64,000 nucleotides of DNA, taken from Bilabrum cf. latius. Lineage: Eukaryota. The notes beneath the pieces are model-generated. The model ran no database searches, had not been told where the DNA came from, and saw nothing but the letters and a program-made list of their open reading frames with translations. The translations under genes were made by a program, and so were the position numbers. The stretch lies in the NCBI GenBank assembly GCA_965178125.1, contig OZ237735.1:1302001-1366000 (forward strand), given 5' to 3'. Positions 1-11,149 of this stretch are shown here, piece after piece (the first letter of the stretch is position 1; every line of letters begins with the position of its first letter).

Positions 1-1
1 C

Positions 2-2566
2 CTAAGTCATCAAGGAGGCTTTATTGAACGGGTTCTATCGGACGTCCATGTTGCCCAGCCCCTGCTAGAGGCTGAGGCTTCCAATGAGACGTCTCAATCT
101 GGCCCCTCGTCAGGTGCAGAGGTGCCAGCAGTTGAGAAACCGCATCCGTTCGAAGTTGCAGTTGGACATCTTAGCCAAGCACTTGCAAATACTGGGTCCG
201 CGTTGCAGATGCTGGACGGCAGCCTGTCTTCAGTAGATCGCAAGCTACGAATCCAAAGTCGAAACCAGGCCCCGCCTCTTTTCGTTCCACTCCCATGCGT
301 ATCAGATGGCGCAAGCGATGTCACTTCTGTGTAGCTTGAGATGAGCTTGCGCTCTCGACAGAAGGCGCTGCAAGAAGCAGCTGTGGCCCTGGCACACACC
401 CACGCCGGAGCGGTTGCGTCCATAGCTCGTGGCCGCCGCCGACATGCGGCTGTAAGCGCTGCAATAAATGTAATCGCGAAAAGCTTCTGTCAATATGCTA
501 GCAATGCTGGCGATCAAGCGGCTCTCAGCTGCCTGTAGGTCCCGTCGGTTAGCCGCCCGTCGTCCGGTTCGATGGACCGAGCGGTCGAAGCCAGGGCAGC
601 GGCTCTCGGGCTGTGGCTGCTGCGGGCGGATGCACGTCTGCAAGCAGCTCTATGTGCGGCAAGTGTGAGCTAGTTTAGCTTGCTCGCGTTCGAAGGCACC
701 GAAAGCGGCGAGGAGAGGCCGAGGAAGAAGCACCGATAGGGCGAGCACGGAGCAGGTGCGCGCGATGCTACGTCCCCAGGCAGCGACAGCACGAGCCTTG
801 GTGATGTCGGCGCATCAAAGGAAGACAATGCCATGCAAGAGTGGGAAGAGCATCTGCAGTGGCCCCCTCCCATAGCATCGTTTGGCATAGGCGGCAGCAA
901 GAGCGCGGTGTCAGCGACACCATCCCGGGGGGGGGCAGTGGAACCGTCCCAGGTGGGTGCAAACACCGCGGTGGTGTGTGCTGGATTCCTGCAGGATTAG
1001 TCTGCATCGAGGTCAGGCACGCACCCGTAGCTGGTACACCCTGCTGCCTCCACTGTGTTCGTGTTGCCGGATGCAGATGCTAGCAGCGAAGGCCCTGGCC
1101 GTGGGGCGGGGGCGGGGGCGGAGGCGAAGGCGGAGGCGAAGGCTGCTGGTAGTGAAGCAGGCGCTGCCCTGAGAAGCAGCAGCAGCTCAAGTTCCAGCTC
1201 CGGCTCGGCTTCCGTTGCTGCCGCCGCTGATTCAGCGCAAGTCGTGGGGTTCGGACCACTGGGTTCTCTGGGCTGCTCGCAGGCGCCTCTCGTGTTTAGC
1301 GCCACAGTGCTCGTGCGGGATGATGCTGCTGCCTCCAACGGGTGGCTCACGGGAGGAGGGCCCGGGGTTCCAAGTCGTGCTGCGCTGCAGGAAGCCATGC
1401 GAGTGAGACGACCTGCGGGGTGGCGAGTGGCAGCACGGGCAGAGTGGCGCGCGGGCAATTGCTTCGGGACTGAAGCGCCCGGTACAACTGCAGCCTCTGT
1501 GTCTGCGCAGGCAGGCAACATCATGTGTTCCCTGAATGCGCTATGGGGCTGGGTCCGCGTGCTGGCCTATGTCTCAACTCTGGAAGCTGAGTAGAACAAG
1601 GACAGTCCAGGGGGCATCGAGTAGGGCCAGGCCGCGATGGATGGCGTTGATGGATCCGAGGGTGGTGCATCACTTCGAGCTGCCGCTGCACTGGTCCGTG
1701 TTTCTGGCTCGGCGCCTCTAGGGGTTGAGCACGCATTGGCTGTGCTTGGGAGCGCAGCCTCTGCGCCTGGCGAGACAGGACGCGGCACCGCCGCCCTCGA
1801 GCGAGCATTGCTAGTCGATGCATTGAGTGGATGCCTGGACGACGTAGCAGTGACACGGCTGCGGGCTGCCGCAGCTGCCGCGTCCAAGGTGGGCAAAGGG
1901 GCTAGCTCGACACCAGACGACCTGGGCATCAGGGCCATTGCGGCCGTGCGGCGACTGTGCGAATGGAGATTCTTGACCATCCCGGCAGTCACGGACGGGT
2001 CCGTGACAGTTGTAGTCGGTATGGAGCCATCGCTTGGCAAGGTAGACACAAGCAGAGCGACCCCGGCGGTCCTGCACTCGGTGGGTGGGGCTGCCTCCTC
2101 GCTCGCTTAGGCTGCTCTGGAGGCGTGCAGACAGGCTGCTGGTGGGGCGGCTCCTGTCAGTGGCGGACGGAAGGCTGTATTGAATCCAGCCTCTTTGTTC
2201 TCTGGTGTTCGAAAATCGGCCATTCGTGGCATGCTTGCCGCCGCACAGCGTGCTGCCGGACGACCCGATATCCCACCAGGAAACATCGCGGACTGCAAGC
2301 CCGGCAGCAGCATCGCGCTGCCTGGTAAGGAGGGACAGCAAGCAGCGCGAGTCGAGATCGCAGGGGCGACTAGCAGCAGCAGCAGTGGTGGTGGTGGCGG
2401 TGGTGACGGCGCGGCTGGAACAAGTACGGGAGGGATTCGGATGGACAGCGCGTGCATCCTTCATGGTGGGCCAGCCAGGCCGTGCACCCAGCGACACGGT
2501 GCCTCGAGGCGCGACGCACCAACCTCTAGGATCGAGTACGAAGAGCTTGTCGCGAGGCTGAAATGA
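2..2566 (+). CDS. Hypothetical Ala/Ser/Gly-rich protein, 5'-partial, with about 9 in-frame TAG (Gln) codons
   Basis: ORFs 122..334, 341..538, 1055..1594, 1637..2110 and 2180..2566 share one frame and are separated only by TAG. The frame is open from base 2 and ends ...EYEELVARLK-TGA (2564-2566). No family recognised. Confidence 0.7.
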
Positions 2567-2598
2567 CAGGTAGTAAAATTAAATCGTTAGCATTGCAT

Positions 2599-5294
2599 TC
2601 AGTACGCCGTGCCTTCTCCCCCAACAGCGAGCCCAGCTCTGCTACCACCCACAGCTGTCTGTGCCCTTGACCCCATCGAGCTACTGCCCATCCCCATCCT
2701 CGAGGGGCCGCTGCGGTAGCTGCTCCGTGTGCCTAGCCTGCCGCGCTGGGACGCACTCAGCAGGCGGCTCTCGCGAACTCTCTGCCTCGCCTCCTCGTTC
2801 ACCACAGTGATGTTGAACGACTTTCGCAGCCAGCCCGTGGAGGGGGCGTACTCGCCCGGCCCAGGCCCCTGGCCCTGGCCGTTTCGCTTGCTCGAGCTGG
2901 TGCCTCCCATGCTGGGGTCCGTGAAGCGCGAGCCCGTCCCACCGAGCTGAGACCTGGCCTAGGTGACTCGGCGGGCCCGCTCGAACCCGCTCTTGATCTC
3001 GTATTGGCCCACGCCAGGCTGCCTCACGCCACGCTGCCGCCCCCCTGAGCCCAGAGTGTCCATCGGCCCGCCCTGGAATCGATCCCGGGGCCCACTGCCG
3101 AGGAGACCGCCCCTGCTCGCACCGCCTGCACGCTGCTTGCCCGCATCCGCAGCCAGCCTGGGCACCCCGTACTCGCCCGGCCCAACAGCCGCACCGCCGC
3201 CGCCAGACAGCATCTGCCTCGCCACCAAGTCACCGAACCGATCCGTGCCCGAGCTAAAGGCCGCATTGGGCGCGCGCTGCCGAAACTCAGTCATCTCGGA
3301 CGGGTGCACGTGCGGGTCGTACTACCCAGGGCCCGGCTGACGGACCCTCCTCCTGGAAGGCCGCCCAGTGCCAGCTTTGGCTAGGCTAGACTTGCCAAGG
3401 TCACCAAGCATCGCGCTGGCACCCGCACCCAGCTGTGCCGGTGGCTGCGCCCTGCCGTCGTCCACCGCTCCATCATCATCCTCCTCGCGAGGCATGTCTG
3501 GGATCGCAGATTGCGGGCCAAACCTAGCGTCGGAGCAGCCGAAAGGGGGCGGCCTGACCACGCCCCTGGGGGCCGTCTTTCTCGCCATGTCGTCTGCCAT
3601 TGTCGGGAGGTTGTACGCAGTCGGATCGGGGCTGCCATGACGGCTGCCTGCCATCCCACCCCTAGCCTATCGAGACCCGAATGGGGCTGTGCGGCGCGGA
3701 AGCACCGCAGCAGTGGGTCCGCCTCCCCCCACGGCAGGGCGGTATGACCCAGTCAGAGCGCCCTTTTGTCCTGCATCGTCTGCATGCATGGCAGCCATCT
3801 CCGCTGCAATCACCGCTGCCTCCATAGACGGAGGCATCATCTTAAACCCACCCTATCCCGTTGGAGACCCCGTTCGTGCAGCGGCAGCCGCCCGTATCGG
3901 CGACGTGGGCAGGTCGTACGTGCCCGGGCCCGGCGTGTCAACCGAACTGGACAGCGGTGCTCGCCCGCTGCGACCGCCAAAACCGGGGCGACCGGCCCGC
4001 GGCGGCGCAAACATTGCAGAACCTCCTTGGTCTGGGCTTCCTCCTTGCATGGGAGAGCCCTTGGGGCCCTGGTAGGACACAGGACGCCCCGCCATGGCCA
4101 TGCCGTTGAACGCAGGCGAGTCGTTGTCGTAGTGCGCACCGGGGCCAGGCACGCACTGCATGTTCCTAGGCACCTCCAGGGCGCCGCCGCGCCTGGTTCC
4201 GCTGGCAAACACCGAGGTGGGTCTCTTGGGGGGGACGAACACCCTCCGTTTTTGCCTGGGCGCCACCGACCCATACTTTGCCAGGTGCGGGCCCTGCCCC
4301 ACCGGCACGGTGATGCCATGACCGGAGTCCCCTTGCGGGCCCCCTTGCCCCACGAGCTGCCTATCAAGGCCAGCAGTACTAAAGTCTGTCCGCTGTCCAG
4401 TGTCGGCACCGAAGGTAGCGCCCCCAGGACCCGTCCTCTGACCCCCGGCCAGCTTGCGGCTTCCTTGCCCCCTCTCCATGGCACGCATGGATCCCACGGG
4501 ATCGTATACGCCAGGGCCGGGGCCCGCCCCACCGTGGGGGTCGGCCCGGGGAGGCAGTTGCTACAGAGTTCCATCGGGCATTTCCTTGAAGCCCCTGTGG
4601 CCCCGGCCAGGCACGGAGGTGGCAGGGCCGTGCGCCCCGCCCCCGAGGTGCCGCTACTGTGGCGAACCGCCGGCTCGGCCGCGCGACACGCTCGCGGTGG
4701 TTCTGGGTCGTCGAGGATCACCCTATCGACGATAGGAAGGCTACACTTCCCTACCCTTGTCGCGGATCCGAATTGCTCCGGGGAGCTTGTAGCTTCCCGG
4801 GCCTGGTGTCACGTTGGCCGGATGCTGCTGCGACATGGCGCCGCCCATCCCGAACCTTGGGGCTTCGCTCATGAAGGCTGACTCTAAAGCTGCATTTGTC
4901 TTAATTTTAATGGGCTGGTGCGAGCGGCTCGGGCCCGGTGTCTCAGAAAAGCCCTCCTAGGCGCGCTTCGGCCTTGATGAGGAGCCGACGAATGGCGTGG
5001 GAGCCCCTAGCATGGGACGATTCGACGTGCCTCCAAATGGAGCAGAGCTAGGTTTGAATTGATATACAGTACCACCAGAGTGATACGCTCCTGCAATGCC
5101 AGGGAAGGAAACTAGAGCAGCGACAAAGCATGGGGATCCAATGCCGATATGCAACGGATTACTCTTCGAGCTAATCCGAAGACAAACCAGCCACATACTC
5201 GCCAACAGTACTAACCTGGACCTGGAGATTCATTTCCTGGCAACACGAGCCCAACCTTGTTCTGGTCACGCGAAGTTCTACCGGTGAAGGCCAT
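2599..5294 (-). CDS. SHIPPO/PG-rich repeat protein (STPG2/ODF3-like axonemal protein), ~856 aa, 2 exons (5294-5216, 5090-2599)
   Basis: Many PGPG(A/S/T/E)Y repeats with F-x-S-x-x-x-R spacers. ORFs 2599, 2959, 3322, 3853 and 4957 are in one frame joined by TAG. Exon 1 MAFTGRTSRD...SPGPG splices to AYHSG, restoring a PGPGAY repeat. Ends in TGA. Confidence 0.85.
5091..5215 (-). other. Spliceosomal intron (125 nt, GTTAGT...TTGCAG)
   Basis: Canonical ends; removal rebuilds the PGPG|AY repeat in frame. Confidence 0.85.
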
Positions 5295-5543
5295 CGTTTC
5301 CGTTCACCGAGCGACAACCCAAAATTTCTTGGCGTGTTTCCAAGCTACGAAAGCAGTCCCAGACAATCGGATATATAGAACCACAAAAGCTATACTTTTC
5401 GCTGTGTGAGCGACAGATGCAAATTCTATCGCCTGCAATAAGACCATTCCGGCAAAAAATGCGGCGCCGCGCACCACACCCCGATACGGTTCCGCAGTTG
5501 ATCCATCCATCAAATTGAATAGCCGCTTTCCTGATATGCACCC

Positions 5544-8500
5544 ATGAGCGGAAAGCACAGTCTCCCAGTCGTTCGTTTGGAAACACTTTCCAGCTCGGGC
5601 GCAAAATGCTTGTTATGGAGCACCTACGCTACCGTTGCTGGAGCGATCCTGCTCACTGCAATCTTGCAACTCGGTTTCGGGACTAGGAATTCAATGGCGC
5701 CGGTAGATAGGTGCAGTACTAGGGCTGACTGGGGATTTGGGCGAGTTTGCGGAGAAGACGGAATCCTTTCTGACCCATTGCCTGCTGTGAATGCCAGCGC
5801 AATGATTCTTGCATGGCACGGGATGGACCCGCGCGACGGCATTCCTGAGGCGTCGTTGTTCTTGAATACGCCTCCAGGCCTCAAAAATAGCCTGCTTGCG
5901 CCCCCAGAACTTGTTTATTCCGCGGCGATGTGGGGTAGCCTGTCGAGGATTGGCTCCACGGTTGAAGGCTCCGACTGGAACCTGATGTTTGCAGTTCGTA
6001 ACCTATCGGTAGCTCTGCCTTGCGATCCGGCTAAGATGGTTTGCAGTGAGCTTCCCATCCTTCCTGCTGCGCCCGGGGCATTGGATGGCATGGGGCAGCG
6101 GATCCCGGCAAGCAACTCGAGATACTCGAGCGGCCGCGGCGGATACTCGAGCTATCTATTGGCCGTGGCGGCAGGTGTTGGGCAGTTGCAGGCGCTGCCA
6201 ACTCCCAGCCCTACTCCAACACCTACACCATCAGTATCACCCACCCCATCTGGCTCACCTAGCCCCAATGCAACGCACGGGGCCGCCATCAGCGGCACAC
6301 CCACACCCACACCCACTGCCGCTGCCCCAGTCGACAGTGGCCAGGACTACCAGGTGGGCGCATCGCCCGCACCCCCTGCCGGTGGCACCCGGTCGTTCAT
6401 GTCTCTCCTGGACTTTGCCCTGGGACCAAAGGGCACAAGTGGTCCTGAACAGTTTTTGCCTGAAGACACCCCCGGGATTCCCATTGCGCGTCTCGGAACC
6501 GAACGACAAAGACCCCCGGCGGCAGATCCCAGCCCAACGCCCAGCCCAACGCCCCAGCCAAGCCCGACGCCCTCGCCATTGCCGCAGCTCCGGCCTCAGG
6601 TCCGCATAAGGCAGAACCGAGCATTTTTCAGGCTCATCGATGCGTACGGCAGGCTTGTTCTCTCAGGGATCACGCTCCTTGCCATGGTCTTCTGGACCAT
6701 CAGCGTCTGCACAGCGGTGGATCCGAGCAGCTTGCGCGGGAGAAACGGATCAAGGAACTCAAAGCGAAAGTCATCAACCAAGGCGGATGGGAAGGAAGAT
6801 GAGGGGGGTGACGAGACCAGCAATCAGCTGCTGATCGAGGAGAGCGAGGTGGAGGTCTTCGGCGGCTGCAACCAGCGCGACTGGCCCATGCAGCGGAGAT
6901 GGGTCCTGTACCTTCAGCTCGCGCTCATCATGTGGCAGAACCCCCTGCTTGCGGCGGTTGAGCTGTCATCGGGTGAAGCCAACAGGAGCGGGAAAGCATC
7001 CGGCCTAGCGGTTGCTAGCCAGCTGATGGCCTCTGCTGGACTCGTTGGCCTGCTCGTGCTTTGGCTTGCGCTCGCTGACAGCCTCCGCTTCTTCGAACGA
7101 AGGTTGAGGTGCTGCGGATTCTATGTGCCAAAGATAGCCTTTGCGGTGTGCATGCTGTCAGCCACGGCTATGGTGAATCTGCTGCAGGCCCCTGGTATCC
7201 TAGCGCCAGCCTCCGCTGCCTCGTCGCTCCCGCCCGCTGGCAGCTTGCCCGGCCCTAGTAACTGGAAGCAAAATATAACAGCTGGTGTACTGAACGGGAT
7301 CGAGCCGATCGGCTCCCAAGACGGTGTGAGCTCAACCCACCTTGAGGTTGTGGGGGACTCGTGGCATGCAGCAGTGCTGCGGACCCTGCTGCATCCTCTG
7401 ACCACGGGAAACGCTGCGAGCGCGCCATCAGCGAGCGGGGACACGTACCTCGGCGGTGGTGATAGCGGCAGCCCCGGCGCGCTGAACAGCAAAGTTGTCA
7501 TTCGCCTCGCACTTGGGTTTGGGTCCGTGTACGCGATATGCTTGTTGGGGTGGGTTGTGTGGCTAGGGATTGCGCTGGTGCTCACCAATCGCGTCTTGGA
7601 GAAGAAACCATATGCGGAGACCCGTGCCAGGCAGCTGCTGTTCCGCTTCTATTCGTACATCATGGTGGTAGTTGTTCTATTTTTGGCCGCTGTGAACTGC
7701 GTGAAGCTTGGCTAGTTCTTGATCGAAGCAACCAGCAGGGCCATTCAGTCGAAGGACGCATCGTCTGCCGCGCCAGGTCAGGGCGAAACTGCAGCAAACC
7801 AGGCGCTGCAGCTCATCAGCATGCTTGCGTCCGGTTACTCTGGGATGGGAGAGGCACTGCTGGTCAGCGTGTTCTGCTACATCCTGGCGTTCGTGTGGCT
7901 TCCGCCGTACTCCGAAGACATTGGCGACCTGCTGGCATTGGCACAAGGCGCCGGCAGGGGGGTTTCGACTGGGCTAGGCAAGAGGAGCACGGCGCGGTCC
8001 CGTGGGCTCTCCGGGATGTCATCGGGTGCGGAGGACGAGGAAGAGCAGGGAGGAGCTGTTCACACGACGTTTGGGTCCACGGCGCTGGGCGTGTTTGGCA
8101 TGCTGGGAGCTCGAACTGGACTCATGTCTGACATTGACGCAGGCCCGTGCTTCTCGCTGGTTGTATGCAGCTGGCTCTTTGACATGGCATGGGCGGCTTA
8201 CTACGACCCCGTGCCCGCCAAGGAGCAGGTAAGGGTAGCGATCGAGGCTGCTCATCGACGCTTCGAGAAGGAATTAGACGAGAAGCGGAAGCAAGACGGC
8301 ACGCAGGACCAGCCCCGGCCTCCCAACCCGTACGAGTTCAATCCTGCTACAAAGAGAGGACCCTGGACGCAGTCCGCCTTCGGTGTCCTCCCTGAGATTC
8401 CCCACGGCTTTCAGCTCGATCGCTTCGTGTTCGGAGCGTGGACAGACACGGTGGCACTCGTTATGCGGAGAGGCACTCGAGTGGTGGTTGCCTTCAGGGG

Positions 8501-11036
8501 CACTGCGAGCCGAAGGAACGTCACCACGGACCTGAATGTGTCGCAGGAGCCTGCGCGATTGGGACACGCGCACAACGCTGCCGGGGGCCCGAGCGGCGGT
8601 GAGACAAGCAGCGGGCCGCGCGACTCGGACACAGCATCCGCGGGACGGCCGGCTGGAAGTGCCCCGCATCGAACAAGCTCAGGACGCGGCGATGGCACCG
8701 GTGGCCATTCCGATGCATAGGGTGTGGCCTCTCGCGCGATGGAAGGAGTAGAGGCTGCCACTGCCGACCTGCCGATCTTCCGGCAGATCCTGCCGCTGGC
8801 TCACTCGGGGTTCCTAGAAGCGTACAACGAGATCAGACACGAGCTTCAAGACGCAGTGCAGTCTGCACTGCTGGAGGCGGGTCCCAAGGCAAGGCTCTAC
8901 CTAACTGGGCACAGCCTCGGTGGTGCTCTCGCCACGCTCGCCGCCCTGGATCTCCACCTGAGCGTGGCGCAGGCTCGCGCCGCTCTCGCGGCCACGAGGG
9001 GCTTTGGAACTAGGGCCACCCGCGGGGGCATCTGGGGCAGACCGTCTCAGTCGGGTGCAGGCACCGGCAGTCTTCAGGCTCCGCTGCTTCGCGACGCGCC
9101 ATCGCCATCGAGCCACTCAGAGAAGACGTTCACCAGCCACAACCGAGGGGCGTCGACATTTGCAGTGGTGCAGAGTGACGGAGCCGGACTCTCGCCGGGA
9201 CAGGTGCACCAGCGCTCCGCCTCACAACCGCTCGAGCGCGACGCAACCCACGAAGCCTACTTGCAGGCGCTCGACGAGCTCGGTATTATAAGAGAGGAAA
9301 GCGACAGCATGGATGCACTGCTGACTGGCCATCCTGCCGGTGGTAGCAGCAGCTACGGATAGCTGGTCAGGCCGCGGATCGGCACTGATTCGTCCTCAGG
9401 TGATGATGACAGGAGATCCGACAGCGGCTCTGGGCGGCACGCCGCCGATATGGGCGCATCAAGCGCGGGGCATCTGAGCCCAATCGTAGACGAGGGTGTG
9501 CAAGAGGCCGCAGCAAAGCATGCGGCTTCTGGAGCTATCTCAAGCGACGCTGTACCTGTTGGCCGGACTGCCGACCCAGAGCAGAAGCCAGGACCAGCAG
9601 CGGACGAGTTGCTGCTTCGGCTGCACACTGGCACGGCAGCTCTGGGTAACTCGCAGTGGATGTTCATGCGGCGCGAGGCAGAGCAAGAGCAGCAAGCTCA
9701 GGCGTCAACGGGAAGCCAAGACGCGCCCGGCGATTCGAGCAGCGCCTCAATCGCAGCAAGCGGTGGTCAAGCATCGAAGCCGCGGAGCAGAGGACGGCGT
9801 GAAGTGGCTCGCGGTCGGGTTGTGGACCCCTTCAGGGCCTCTGGCCTCCTGCCGCCCATCCCCCCCACCGAGTTTCCTGAGGCCCTGAAAGCCCTCCGAG
9901 ATCGGCTGCGCGGTGCTGGATCGCTGCATCGTGGTAGCACAGTTAGCAGAGATGACCTGGTGGCCACAGCAGCCGGCGGCGAGGCTCACAGAGCGGCTAG
10001 TGGGAGGGCAAGCGGTAGGCGAGCTGGGAGTGCATCTTACGGCACCATGGATATGCTTGGGTTTACGGGGAGCAGTGGAAGTGGCAGCGGGGATAGTCCT
10101 GATGCTGGCAAAGGCACTGGTACTGCTGCGGGTGGAGCGGGTGCCTCGGCCACGCCATTGGTTGAATTGACGCCCTAGACGCAGTCTGCCAGCCGACTGC
10201 TTGCTCGTGCGCGCCAGCTCGCCGAGCTGCCTGAGGCTCTGATCCCTCTCGTGGTAGAGGAGGAGATCGAGTCATCTTCGCTGAGCTTGGTTGGTCGGTG
10301 TCCGGAGCGTGTTGAAAATCCCATGGTGGCGCTTACGCAGGGCTTCCGAAACGACGGTGGCGCTGGGCCTGGACCTGGTGGCAGGGCTTGGGACCGCGAG
10401 CAGGACGATGCTGATTCTGATGCTAAACCATAGCAATAGACAGGCTCGACTAGTCGAGGCCAAGTATGGGCAGACAATGCTAGGCGGTACGGCAACCAAT
10501 CGAGGTACGCCCCGGGGTCTGTATCTGGCGAGAGTCACGAAGACGACATCTGGTCCAGGAGCGGGGCGCTCACAAGCACGCAGGCGCTGCTGCTGCCAAC
10601 CGACCTGCAGCTGTACACCTTTGGGACGCCGAGGGTCGGGAACCACGCGTTTGCGATCCGTCTCAACGCGGTCGTCCCTCTTCATTTCCGGGTTGTGGTG
10701 GACGGGGACGCGATCGCAAGCGTGCCCAAGTTCTGCTGGCTGTACAAGCACGCTGGCATCAAGGTGGACCTCGACCGGCAGGGGAATTGCGTGGTGGACC
10801 CAAGCTTCCTCGAGTGGCAGCTGCGTGCTAGCACAGCCTCCTCTATCTCCTCCCACATGATGAGTTCCTATCGCCGTGCACTGCTTCGAGCCAGAGCTCT
10901 GGAAGGTCTGAGGCCGCCGCCGGATCTGGTGCTCACAAGGAGAGTGATTGGAGAGTGGATCCAGAAGCACATGGCGTCCGAAGACGGCGGTCCAGATGGT
11001 GTAGCTGTGCCAGTCCAGGAGTCAGATGCCTTGTAA
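5544..11036 (+). CDS. TMEM181/Wntless-like multipass membrane domain fused to a class-3 (alpha/beta hydrolase) lipase, ~1830 aa
   Basis: ORFs 5544, 7719, 8724, 9450, 10251 and 10695 are in one frame joined by TAG. Lipase_3 motifs: VVAFRGT, AHSGF, LTGHSLGGALA (Ser at 8913), YTFGTPRVGN (10614), RVVVDGD..VP, YKHAG, SHMMSSY. N-terminal hydrophobic segments (QNRAF, DW..QRRW...WQNP, FYVPK, PY) recall TMEM181. Ends in TAA. Confidence 0.85.
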
Positions 11037-11149
11037 GTTTGAAAATTGACCCAGCAATAATTTTGAGTGCCCGAACCGGAACACTCGAGCCCCAACGAAC
11101 CTTCGAATCTCGGCCAAGTCGCAACTTGAAAATTACAACGTGTATCGCA

